A stretch of DNA of 60,764 bases, the filler included, from Catajapyx aquilonaris (lineage: Eukaryota), in the NCBI GenBank assembly GCA_000934665.2. It is 2 parts of 2 records of this genome, joined end to end, with 100 filler letters (N's around TTAATTAATTAA, not from the genome) between each part and the next. Parts side by side here need not be neighbours in the genome. Positions count along the whole stretch, not along the records: positions 1 to 30,310 come from JYFJ02004659.1; 1 more part is not named here. One strand, given 5' to 3'. The notes beneath the pieces are model-generated. The model searched no databases. It had not been told where the DNA came from and saw nothing but the letters and a program-made list of their open reading frames with translations. Positions within the stretch are counted from its first letter, which is position 1, and each line of letters opens with the position of its first letter. This document shows positions 13,430-26,015 of this stretch, in pieces. Made by a program: the position numbers and the translations under genes.

Positions 13430-14807
13430 ACTAGAAAGATAGGAGAAAAATTCATTATAGGAACGTATATTTTGGTGGCTGATAGGGTCACTTGAACCCG
13501 GATGGCAGCAGATCAAACGAAAATGTTATTTTTTTCCCTGAAAAGTTGGAAAATGTGCATTATTTATATAGTTTTCCCCTTGACCCCCCGGGGGGAGTGT
13601 TGCCCGGGTCGTGGCCATTGCCTCATCCGCCCCTCCCGCCCCCCTTCCCCCAATCACCCCAAATAAACACCTTTTCACATACACCATACAACGCAACGCG
13701 CCTCCCACTCCCGCCCGCCTCCCAAGACCCCGACCGTGCGGCCATGGGACCCTGGAGCCGTGGGACCGCGACCGTGACCCGTGATCACAGTGCCGTGGAT
13801 TCCGGAATAACGCCAAATAAACAACCACGGTTTACCTGGGAGCGCCTAGGATAGCCAACACATAAACACATAAGAAAATAAACAGTGAGGACAATCTTTT
13901 TTAACGTGATAGTACAGAGTTATGTGCATGTGATGCGGACATCGACAGCTGTGCAAATCCGAACAACAAACGTGGACAGAATGACGTGTATGACAGCACC
14001 GATGACGAAGCAGAGATGAACGACGATATGGAAATGCAAATCTTGTGCACATCAATGACCACACCATTGGGAAAAGTCGTGATGGTTAGTTAGTTAGTTT
14101 GTTTGTATATTAAAACTAGTTATGTGTAGGGGCTTATGTTTCAGGGCCAAGGCCACCTTGCTTCGATCACGTTGCAACAATGATGAATTACCAAAAAGTG
14201 TACTACACCAATGATAATCATAATCTAAGCCTTTTTACGAAAAGAAATTATCGGAAAAATTGCAAATTGTTCACAAATGGCGTTGACAAATATCTTTAGG
14301 GTGTCGGGGAAAAAAATGGCACCATCATTTTTTCGATCAGAATAACCTCTTAACAAATATCCATGGTGGCAAGAATTAACATTCCATGCCCACCGTATAA
14401 CACATGCCCCTACACGGGTAGTATATATAGAAAACCCTTTCTTTACAATGAACCAACACGCCTGATAGGTAATACACAAACGCGCATATCTCTGTTAATA
14501 TTGTACCTAGACAAATGTTTTAAATGTCATTATGGAGGTAGTACCGTTGTGCATGGCTTTTATTTGAAACATATTTCTCTAAACCTTGTATATTACACGC
14601 CACCTCCATGAATATACGGCTGATGCACAATATAATTTCATAAAACCGGTTTCAGAGGATGACCTTTGACCCCCACGTGACCATGAATCGTTTAAAAATA
14701 ATCTCCGATGTATCGCGGATAAAAGTGACCTGAACACAAAAAATCGTCCGGGCCTTCAATGAGGCGTGAAGTTTTTTTTTTTTTTAATTATTTAGCTGAG
14801 ACGCCTA
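13430..14807 (+). mobile_element. Probable Academ-type DNA transposon remnant
   Basis: 13911-14093 reads (S)TELCACDADIDSCANP plus an acidic tail, like the Cys-rich C-terminus of AcademX proteins. Candidate right end ...AGACGCCTA at 14807. Left end poorly defined. Confidence 0.45.
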
Positions 14808-15028
14808 TTGGCCGCCATATTTCAATATGGCGGCGAAAGCAACGCTCGGAAAAATTGACATCATCATTTTTTTAGGATCAGAATAACCTTCTCTTACAAA
14901 ATATCCATGGTGACAAGAATTAACATTCGATTCCCACCGTATACCACACGCCCCTGCATTATAAGTTACAGCAAGACTGTCGATCATAAGTTCTGGTTGA
15001 GTCTTACGATGCTTTCCTATTTCATGCA

Positions 15029-15720
15029 GGCAGAAGAACTAGAAGATTATGCCAGTCCATCCGGTCCACAACTTTTTTTTTTTCCAACAGAGAGAAAAAA
15101 GATGATCTACACGAATGATCCGGATCAAGAAGTCATCTTGCCGGAAGATGTAACACTTGAGAGATCACTTATCCTGTGCCTGGGAATATATTACATTAAA
15201 AATCTGCAGTATCCCAGCACGTTTGGGCAATTGTTAGGCTTGCTGCAGGTATTATTAGTCCCCAAAGACGCATTTGAACAGGGCTGGATGACTAGCAAAC
15301 TGAAAAATATGCTCAACATCCTATCCAAGGGAAAGGGGACATAATCTCTATAGACCAAGAATGCTGGTATTGCATCTTCACCTTGATGCATATGAGGGAG
15401 GGAGGGTGGGTGGGTGCCGATGATGATGGGTTTGGGTGTGTAAATGAGAGGTACACAATACGCATATAAAAGGTACACGGTACCGCAGAGATGTAACACT
15501 GAAATATGCGGTAACTAAGTGGTAAGCTAGTTGCATGTACCACATATGTAAGTGGTACGACAAATATGTGGTACACTGTACCACCTAATTTATGCGGTAC
15601 AAAGATGAGGAACCTGGTGAGCTTTTTTCGCTCCAAAAATGTCAGTCGCAGTATGCTCTGTAGTTTTGCCTGTCTCGGATTGAGGCATGTGGGTACAAAA
15701 TTGCAATTTTGTACCTCTCA
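15029..15720 (+). mobile_element. CACTA/EnSpm second-ORF C-terminal exon (SAMD3-like domain) followed by GGTAC-rich subterminal repeats
   Basis: CLGIYYIKNLQYPSTFGQLLGLLQ resembles the YYxxNLxYP...LQ motif of EnSpm accessory ORFs and follows a ttcatgcag acceptor. Many GGTAC/GTACC units at 15446-15715. Confidence 0.65.
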
Positions 15721-16664
15721 TCCCCACCAGTCATGTCTCAGTATTCCTCACCTCGCAACCCACCACTTCAATGGTCGGGGTCACCGTAAGCTCTTGACAC
15801 CGTCGACGCGACGACACACTCCGTAGTTACTGCTGTTGTGTCAATAGCATCAGGGAAGGGTAAGTTTTAAGTCATGTCGGTTTAACATAACTTACTAGAG
15901 TAATTAGACTTAATTATGAATAATTAGCATACATGATGAATCAGAAGAAATAATTATTCTGCAACATTTGCACACTGAATTGTTTCCTTTGGCACTTATT
16001 GTTGATTATTGTGACAGCTTTTGGGGTCCCATGGTACTAGCCCACACATTTTAAAACCAATGGCCTCTGTTACTACTTGTGCAGTTTCCCATTATCACAA
16101 TCTTCACACTTATATCTTCGTAAAAAGGAAATTTTAAACCAAGTTCACCCCGTTTGAAGATATTTTCTTGCTATAATTAATTAACACTTCATTTCGTAGC
16201 ATTCTACTTTATAATGAACACGAATATCAAAATCATTATTAGGTACATGAAATCCTTGGGAAAAGGCCATACAACTCCAGCATATGTACCACTGTGGAAG
16301 CATATGTGTCTGCAAGTGCTACAGGTACAGACCTGCCCAGAAAATACGGAATCAGAACTATTGTGATTCAGTGACAACCTTTTTACTAACATACGATGAA
16401 GTTATACTGCTAGTAATTACATATTATTATTAATAATAATAATTGGGTTAGTGGGATGGGCCTAAAACAATGTAGTTTTTTATTACTGCGAGAGTAACGC
16501 GCGCTGTTTCACACTCTTGAACAGTTGAACTGCATGCAAATTTGTGTCTGTAGGGTGGTGCAATGGTCGCATTTGTAACAGGGCATTTGTTACTTATCCT
16601 ACGCATCGCCATGCTGAATTACAACCATTACGTCTCAAATATGATTGTTCAACTGACTCGGTCA

Positions 16665-17010
16665 CATTGTTTGCTCACACAGCATGCAGTACTCATCTCA
16701 GGAAGAGAGGGGGATGATAGCAGCCTACCACCAGCAAGGCATGAGGCCTGCTCAGATCGCCCAGCAACCTGGAGTCTCACTCTCAGTGCGATATATTGAG
16801 AGGTGGGTGAAGAGATATTCAGAGGAAGACATGCAGGAGTTGAAGACGAGGAAAATTCCTGGCCGCCCGCGGGTCAGCACCCAAGCACAAGATGAAGCCT
16901 TGGTAGAGGCTGCGAGGCTGAGGCCGTTCCAGCCAAGCACCACTACTGTGAGACAAGATGCCCCGGATTTTCCGGGACAATTCAAGACCGCGCGAAGGAG
17001 GTATGCTACG
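16665..17010 (+). mobile_element. Second copy of the same Tc1 family: 5' exon only (paired-like HTH with GRPR)
   Basis: ORF 16684-17013 MQYSSQEERGMIAAYHQQG...PGRPRVST...TARRR. Shares the upstream CATTGTTTGCTCACACAGCATG with the 11624 copy. Likely donor AG|GTATGC at 17001. Confidence 0.85.
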
Positions 17011-17437
17011 TGAGGAGCGTTGGGTTTTTGATGGGAGGACCTCAGTGCATTCACCACCTTCCTAGTGTTGCCTGGAGACCCGAATCACATTGTTAAATAC
17101 AGCGCGCCTACTAATATGGTGGGAATAAAGGTGAAGGCGTCAATGACAGGCAATGAGTTCAACCGAAGATTCAGATGCCCAACACCAATGATGGAAAAGA
17201 TCAGGACTTCCTTTCAACAACTGCAGAAATGCTAAATGATGAAACAAGACGAGATATCTGATTATTTACGAACAACTTTCGAATGAGAGTAACATACATT
17301 ATTATTCTGATTGGATTATTTGTACCGTGTGGTACAAAAAGAATAACAAGAAGTTGGGGCATAAGAATGTAACAGCTCAACTAGGCCCATCTAATGAATT
17401 CATTCTAATATTATAGCAATAAAGCCAGTTTTATTTC

Positions 17438-17630
17438 AGGTCCAAGGTCAAGTGTATCACCCGATTGGGACTCTACAACCTCTTCCAAACGAACATCCCC
17501 AGTTTCTGCAGATATACTTTGTTGGGGATCTACAAACACAGGCAGAGATACCCAGCTCCATTTCACCTGGAACAAGACTGGAACTAATTACGCAACTTCT
17601 AGAAATGATCCAAGCCAATAACAACTACGG
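17438..17630 (+). mobile_element. Helitron RepHel fragment
   Basis: VQGQVYHPIGTLQPLPNEHPQFLQIYFVGD...ITQLLEMIQANNNY matches the Helitron GQVYHxIGSL...PxFLQIYF motif. Confidence 0.85.
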
Positions 17631-20329
17631 TCAGGCCTCGATGTTGGCTCAACAACACACCATAATTATGGAGAGGTATGCACAAAGCATTGCAACCTTC
17701 TCTCGAGACAATATTGTTTGCTGTTGTTGTTTTGAAGTGGGCCTCTGTGAGTCAGTATTGGTTGCCCAAGATCCATGGCTCGCGTACATGCTGCCAGCCA
17801 GTATCGTAGCCGCTCATCAGCGTCCACGTCCAATTTGATGAGAGGGAGCAGAAATGACTAACGCTGACCCAGCCTGGTCTGGCCTGGCAAGCACAATAAC
17901 AGTGGTATGCAGACTCATCTGGACAGCAAGCGGCAGAATGTATCTATCCTTCCTTTCGACTGCCTACTAGTATGTTTTGCTGTGTGATTAGTTGTACTTC
18001 TGATGGTATAGGGAAACGGTCGTTCCATATTACTGCGGTATATCTGTGCAGTACTGCCAGCAATTAGAGAACTTTAAAAATGTAACATATGTGCTTGTTT
18101 GTTTTACACTTGCTCACATCTGTACAAAAAACCAAATAAAAGTTGGAAATTTTCTATTACAACATATTCAGCTTCATGTGCGTATCACTACTTTCCACAG
18201 AGAGTCTTCGGGATGGGCCTCCTATTTTCCAGGTATTGAGGCCTGTTATAAGCCACGCTTGTTACAGGTATCATCATCTTTCAGTAATGCAAGAATTTAA
18301 CATTGCATGTACTGTGTAGTATGCCCTCCAACGATCGTCCCCATCCGCAGGGTAAGGAGCATTTCGGCAAGATAATCCAGACACACACACCCACATCCAA
18401 AAACAGGTTTGCAATGAACTTGGCAGGCGCAGGAACTTGATTCCCTGTGTCTTGATGTGAGTTATTGTCATAAGAAATTGATCCATTTACATGAGCACAG
18501 TGTTTGTTCCTAGTAATGATAATTGGCCGACACACTTGCGATATGGAAATTGGTCATTAGAAATGTGAAAAGAACCGGCAATTATTAGGGTTTAATTGTT
18601 GGCAATAAATTTTTTAAAGGCTACCACAATTCCATTGTTGAATGAGCTGCACGTGATCCTGAAGCTAATGTTATTCTGCCGATTCAATATCGTCGCATAT
18701 AATTATGCGACGTTATGATTTGAACAACTTTCATGATCCAATAGAGACTGTACTATTGGCATAGCAAAAAGTGAAAGTATTTCATCAGCAAATACAGACT
18801 GTTACAACCTCAATATTCACAGCAGAAAATGTCTGGACGGGTTCTACAGTACGATTGAGATTGAGAAGTGGGACAAAGCAGACCGACAATCCAGAGGGCC
18901 TCAAAATGAATATCTTTCCCATGTGTTCCAGCACACCCACGGGTCATACCTCACCTCATGGAAGGTCCCGCAGGAAAGAAATAATTCGCTTTTCAGTTTA
19001 CACAAGTAGGGCGGACTCTCACACATGTCAACTCAAACCATCCATATTCATAATCCATATTCACAATATCATATGAATGAGGTGGACATGCAGTATTACA
19101 ATTCCACACCTCACAATGATATCCAGTGAGACTACGGGCTACTGAGACCAACTTTTAAGACACGGTTGCATGGAAGCCACGATTTGCATATTAATGAGAT
19201 GCTGTCATGCCACAGAGAGTCAAGAACAAGCTGGCGCCGCCGTCGTTTAGTTTTGGAACATACTAGGAAGGGGGAATCTTGTGGGCATTCCAACAGAATA
19301 CTGTATACATTCCAGGGCATTCCTAAATCGCTGATTCGAACGCGGGAGATTTGCAACCCGATTATTTACGTTCGATTCTACGCATTCGACGGTATGGTCA
19401 GTTTCCGACACTACACCGAAAGAAGTGCCTCTAAGACAGTGCACTGTACTTCCCACCTGTGAAAGCACAGCATGGCTAGGCCCACGCGCGCAGTTCCAAA
19501 GCAGTCCGATCAGCAATGGGCCTCTAATCAGGGACTATCTCCTTACAAGACTTATCCGCCAATTTCATATCAACCAAAATAATCAACTCTAAAGAGGACC
19601 CAAAGAGCACGACACCGCAGCATCCAAATACAGCACATGACTCCCAAGAAGGACGGCAACGCAAGTAACATTGTTGCCCGTTGTTGAATGAGCAGTATGA
19701 TACATGTTCCTGAATAAGGTAAATGACACGCGAATGTATACTGGACATCACATCTTATTATTATTATTATTGACATTTTCTTGCGAATGTTCATTGGCAT
19801 CATGTTAAAATATTGTCGCATATGTAGAGGATGAAGATGAATTAATGGCCTTTGGCGGCGAAGGGTTGGATCAGGAGAAACTCGAGACTCTTGGTCACGA
19901 AGTCCAACAACAATGTTTAACTGGCCACTGTAACGGTATTGCGCAATTTCATTTCCCTGTCTTGCACTACCTTGTAAATCTGATCCATACTCCTGGCACC
20001 ACCATACACAAGCTTGAAGGTGCAGAGACAGAATTTACCGCTTGAGACATTGCACCGTACATTGCACATCCCCTCCCAGTCACCCTGCCCGTGGGCCTGG
20101 GCGCTTCGTCACAAGGTCCCAGCTTTGTGTCTCGTACCCCACTGTACAATAAAGGTCAGTGAGACTGCATACCTCGATTGAGGTCTAGCACTACCCGGAT
20201 TATTATTTTTTTTTAAAATAAAGGGTACCTTAAATAAAACCCAATGTTGCCCATTAAATTAATAATACTGAGCTATGCAAAGTAGGCCTACTCTCGGGAG
20301 AGTAAGGCCTGTTATGAGAAAATGGATGG

Positions 20330-21381
20330 CAATAGAAACATGTTGACTTCAAATTCAAACTCAGCGCATACTAATACTCATTAAAAAGTGAACATGGCGC
20401 ATTTAACAAAACCATTGTTGACCATATATTAGTCACATTGAGCAAAATAAAGTATGACTTCTCTGTTTCTCGATTCCTCCAAAGAAGCGGTGTACGTTAG
20501 AACAATCTCCTGCTGCCAAACGCCAAAGGAGTAAGATGCAGCAAGAAACCGCAGAAAGAACAAATGCAGAGGAGACCTATATCGATGATCAAATCAAGAA
20601 TCTCAAGACTTTCCAGTCTGATACAGGACCTGTGGATTTCTACATGATGCCAACAATGGTGGACAGAAAAGAAAACATATTGAAACGATTGATATCCAAT
20701 TAGAACACTTACAGGTCTGCAATGCTTTAGCGGATTCCTCGGGTATGCATTGCTGTATGTGCTTCAGGACACACCATACCAGAAAGAGTTGTCAGCTTCT
20801 CAACAACGAAGACCTATTCTGCAGACTCATGCTGAGTTCGGATCCCAAATTCAGTGGCATTGGGCACAGACGGGAAGTCAGACAGAGAAAACCCGATGAA
20901 GACATTTTGTTTTTACTGAACATATTATATCAGGCAGAGATCGTTTCTGACACAGAAGACATTTAACTCCAACTAGATCACATATGTGCAGTATGGTGCC
21001 CTGCGTGTGCAACTTAAGTCATTATCTTCATATGTGAAGTTCTGTGTTTTGGGCACAATTTTTGGGACATCCAACTTTAATTAACATTGAAAACTAATTC
21101 AGCCCCATGGATGACATGTCAAAACACTTCGAACTTATTTTGATATGATATTATTAATACTTGAACGAGCATAATTATGAAGTTATGTGATTTCGGATTA
21201 TTATTTTTTTTGACACCCGCTGTATTTTTGGCACACCAGGTCGTGGTTTAAAAAATGAGCACTGAATCAGATTCAGAGACATTGAAACATTGAAAAATAT
21301 TATTTGCACCAATACAGACAGGCCAGTTTGCGAATTATGATTTTTTTTTTCCTTCAGTTTTTCTCGTCTTGAACCACTGCG
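20330..21381 (+). mobile_element. Transib (RAG1-related) transposon remnant, internally deleted
   Basis: QETAERTNAEETYIDDQIKNL...PTMVDRK | VCNALADSSGMHCCMC, then FRTHHTRKS...NEDLFCRLMLSSDPKFS: both Transib hallmark blocks. Candidate RSS-heptamer-like end CACTGCG at 21375-21381. Left boundary approximate. Confidence 0.85.
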
Positions 21382-21496
21382 GCTACGGCTGCGAGAAACT
21401 TCAGGAGAGTGACATGCGACAGTCCCGTCTTGGCTTTTAGTCAGCCAAACAAGACAAGGCTAGATGTAATATATATATCGACAGTGGAATTAACGT

Positions 21497-21605
21497 GCTT
21501 TACACCATGACCCAGAAAGCGACTATGCCAGTGCCAATTCCATTGTTATTGGTGCGATGATCCAAGTATGTCACCACTGCGGGGCTAAGAATTTGAACGA
21601 GACCT
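21497..21605 (+). mobile_element. Helitron RepHel N-terminal zinc-finger fragment
   Basis: ALHHDPESDYASANSIVIGAMIQVCHHCGAKNLNET matches the YDP..DY.....IG.M...C.HC.A.K motif. Confidence 0.75.
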
Positions 21606-24600
21606 CTAAACGATCCACCCGGGAGGACCTATGAAGGACCATAGGCGAATGGTACAACTACAAGGCGAGTCTGCTAGACTGGCAGAAAAAATTCGATTAA
21701 TTATAAAAACTTTCATTCCTTTGGATTTGTAACTGACGCGTATAGCTTGATATTTTTTGGAGCTCGCGTTATATCCTGTTCAAGTCTTGGCAGAGCCTGT
21801 TGACTTCGCTTTTGCCGGATGTCGGAAGTTGTGATTGGGTTATTGATACCATCCGGAATTTTCCGGAGACGGAGAGGACCGCTGGATGGCGCTTGGGTGG
21901 CGGACGTGTCTGTAGATCGCTCTCCTCTGGGGTGCTTATCCGTCGGCGTCTAGGGCCTTCCCGGACCTGTACCTGTGTCGGGCGGCGCCCCTGTGGCACC
22001 GAGGTCCTTTTTGGTCGTCAGTCCGCCCTCGTGTGTGGTGTGGTGGGGCTTTTGAGGCCCTTTTTTGGCTATGTTGGATGTTCACGTGTAGGAACCCCCA
22101 GCAATCTATTCGCCCAAGCTCCAAAAGGAAAAACGAAAAACATTGTATTATACCAGGAGTGCTTCGTCCATAACGATTAATTAATGGCCTCTGGCGGCAA
22201 AGTGTTGGATCAAGAGAAAGTCGAGACTCTTTGTCACGAAGGATGAAGACCAGCAACAATGTTTATCTGGCAAACATACACAAGCTTGAAGGTGCCGACC
22301 CAATTGACATGACCTCAGCAGTACATATTGTGTATCACATTTTTTGAGAATTCTTTACGTAAATTTGGTAAAATGGATGCTTTTGCAATATCAACGACTG
22401 AAGACTGTTTCACAAATGCAGCAATGTCGACAATTGCATGGAATGACGAAACAAGCCGAGATATCTGGTGACTTGCGAACAACTACTTTCCTATCACAGT
22501 AATATACAATATTATTCTGATTGGATTAGTGGCACCGTGTGGTTCAAGAAGAATAACAAGAAGTTGGGTCATCAGAATGTAACAGCTCAGCTAGCCCCAT
22601 CTAATGAATTAATTCTAATATTATAGAAATAAATCAAGTTTTAATGTTGACATGAGAATAACTACCGTACTGGGTAGTGAACACTGGTCATCCACAAGAG
22701 ATCTCATGAATAATTTTATAGAGGTGGCCTACTCTTGCATAATGCGACGCCTACCTCAGCCTTGGAAGAATATATTCTCCACGGAATGATCAACTGCAAC
22801 TGCAAGTTCAAATTGTGCCTCCCTCGATCATGTCTTGCTGCCCTGGAGTGTTGTGCAAGCACAATGACAGTGGCATGCAGACGCATCTGGGCACCAAATG
22901 CTGGGAAATCCAGGACTATCCCTCCTTTCGACTGCCTATACTGTAGTATGTTTTGCTGTGTGATTCGTTGTACTTCTGATTGCAGGGAAATGGTCGTTCC
23001 ATATTACTGCGGCACACCTATGCAGTACTGCCAGCAATTAAATAGCTTTAAAAATGTAGTATATGTGCTTGTTTGTTTTACACTTGCTCACAGTCATCTG
23101 TACAAAAATCCAAATAAAAGTTGAACATTTTCCATTACAACATGTTTATCATCACTATATAAGTTTTAGAACATATATGGGATGCTACGCAGAGCTGTGT
23201 GACCAAGCTTATGAAACACAGGTCATCTGAATCTGGATATTAGAAGAGCATGGGCCTCTAATCAAAACTACCTTCTTACAATATTTATCCGTCAATTCCA
23301 TATCAACCAAAATATCCAACTGTAAAGAGGATCCAAAGAGAATGACACCAATTCATCCAAACACAGCACAGAACTCCCAAGAAGGAAGGCAACGCATATG
23401 AAACACACCAACCAACTACCAAAATCCACCGTTTCCTCTCCTCCAAAGATCTCGTACCACGAGGAGACACCATCAAGATAGAACCCACAAATCCCACCAC
23501 CCACTGGCGCTCCCAGGCAGCTCTGCCCCAAAAAGTGGTTTCCGAAAATACTTCCAGAATATAATTAGCTCACCAAAAATATAACTCAATTAGAAAATCT
23601 TCTTAAATAGCACGCTACTGAAATCAGATGCCTTAAATCCAAACCGAGTAAGCCGGAGGCCAGAAGTAGGGGAATGGGGATGTAATAAAGACAGACTCAG
23701 ACTAGAACACAATTACGCATAATTATGTCGACAAGTACAATCAGAATTGGTACAAAGAATCCCTTTCATACTCACGACATGCAGGAGTATCCAAATATAT
23801 CTAAATTCCTAGAGAGGATTCCTACAGAAGAGACCTATCTTTTACATGAGATGACATCATCAGTCAAGCACAGAATTCGCACATCTTGTAACAACACGTC
23901 ACCAAGTCCACAAAATCGTCAAATCTTGACTACAGAAAACCCTCACAAACTAGAAACTGAATCATGACATAAGAATCAGACCCAGAAACATCCTTGAAGG
24001 ACACCTGGTGCTATTCAAGATGCCCCAATAATCCTTTCCGGCTGATGCCTACAAAGTTCCCATCTTTTATGTCTCCTCACGCTGATAAAATCTCAGACCA
24101 AGATATTATAAATATCATATCCCTAAGCTCCAATAACTCCAAAGGTAACTCTAAATTGACCATTTTACATATTCCAGTCAAACTATTCGGATTCACCCTC
24201 ACAACATACTTCAGCAGACAACTACTTGTTGTGTTGCTGGTTGTGGTCGACTCCAACCTCATCACCTACGACACAAATTAAAACTACCCATTTCCATCCC
24301 AAAGAGCTCCCTCCTTCCCAATAATATGTAAGAACCACGAACAAGGGCAAAACATAATCAGTGCGACACAAAGGACTGGTGTTTCAAAGTTAATTGGTGG
24401 CACTCTCCGGATCATAAATATTAGAAGCTTTGTTTGATTAAGGAGCCAAAATGGCTACCTGGCTACATCCTCATCAATGTCTCATGACACCGCATGTTGT
24501 CAGCTCCAGCCTCTTACAATTTGAACACAATGAGTTTCCACGAGAACATTCCCTGGCTACATGATCATGTACAGTGGCCCTGTCGAAAAACTTAAGAGTT

Positions 24601-25629
24601 ACAATACTCATGTGACAGATACCATAATTATGATACTATTCAAATCTGAACGAAAGAAATGTCAGCCTCATATCCCACTGCCTCGTATACAAGCATCACT
24701 GCACCACTAGCCGTATCCCATCCTGTCACCTCCTGCAGACTCGATGGCGCTCCTCAAGGCATGGTTGAATCCAGCAATTATATTTTGCAAGGGAGCTGGC
24801 ATATTGTACGATGCCGCTAGCCCAACTCCCAGTGAAGAATTTCTTCTTTTACCAAAAACCATTTGTAATAAAACCCAGACAACCGGATCCATGAGAGCAA
24901 AGTATTATGAAAAGTACAGATAAAACTCATGCAGTCTTCCCTCTGTTAGCAGCTGTAGCCTACGACAAGAGGCAGTACAGGTTAAGAGAAGAATTGCATG
25001 TTACGTTGCAACGTAGGACGTTTCAATCCAACTTGAAATCCAACTAAGAGGTCCTTCTGGCACACACTTCGTCTGGCAGAAGTTTAAGGACGCAGTGCCG
25101 AGAGTTACAACAGCGAAATCGGATTGCAAGCTAAGCCAGGTTACATTATGACTACACTGTTCTGTCGCTGACCATATGAATTCAGTCATTCAGACGACGA
25201 CATAATTATGTGTTGGATCAGAGTCTTGTGATACAGACACAACAAGACTTGGACTTGAGGACGGACAAATACGACTTACGAGTGAAGAGTGTGATGGTGC
25301 AAGTGATATCATCATACAACAAAATAATGCTTAGTCAAAACTTCTGTATTTTTTCTAGAAGTTATAATAAATTGCATAGTTTGCCATGGCATCCTACTAC
25401 AGCCGAGGACTATACAACACAACCCCCACAATTAAACCTTTAAATCATGGCTGATAAAGACAGAATGGCAAACTAATACGATGAGTGTTATGTCTGCATA
25501 GCGACCATACGACCATACAACCATAAACGTGCGATCTCTGTGACAATCTGAAGAAAGATCATTAAGGAAAATTACCTGAGGGTACAATTATTCAGTTGAT
25601 GAAACGAACTGGACTTCAACTACATCCTC

Positions 25630-26015
25630 ACGGACAGACACCCCGTGGTGAAGTTTCAAGGGGAGAAAATTAACCTGGACAACACGGTCGGAGTCCTAGG
25701 GCTGTACCTGGACTCTCGGCTGACTTGGGTCCCACACGCTCGCCTGGTTCGAGACAGGGTCAGAGGACTGACGGTCAGGATTTGGAGGGTGTCAGGATCC
25801 CGTTGGGGAATGGCTCCGGGCAGCAGACGGCAGGTGTTGAGGGGGGGCTATGCTCCCTGTGCTGCTTTTTGGTTCGGAGGTTTGGGAACATCGGGCCACG
25901 GACAGCGGATCAGATCGAGTCTACAGGCGGCCATCCGACCGCTGCTGCTGGGCACGACGAGGACTTATCGTACGACGTCCAACGCACTCCTAAAGGTTTT
26001 GGACGGGAGCGTATT
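25630..26015 (+). mobile_element. R1-group non-LTR retrotransposon ORF2 fragment (end of RT and thumb)
   Basis: VLGLYLDSRLTWVPH...RWG...TYRTTSNALLKVLDG matches R1-clade post-RT motifs. Confidence 0.85.
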
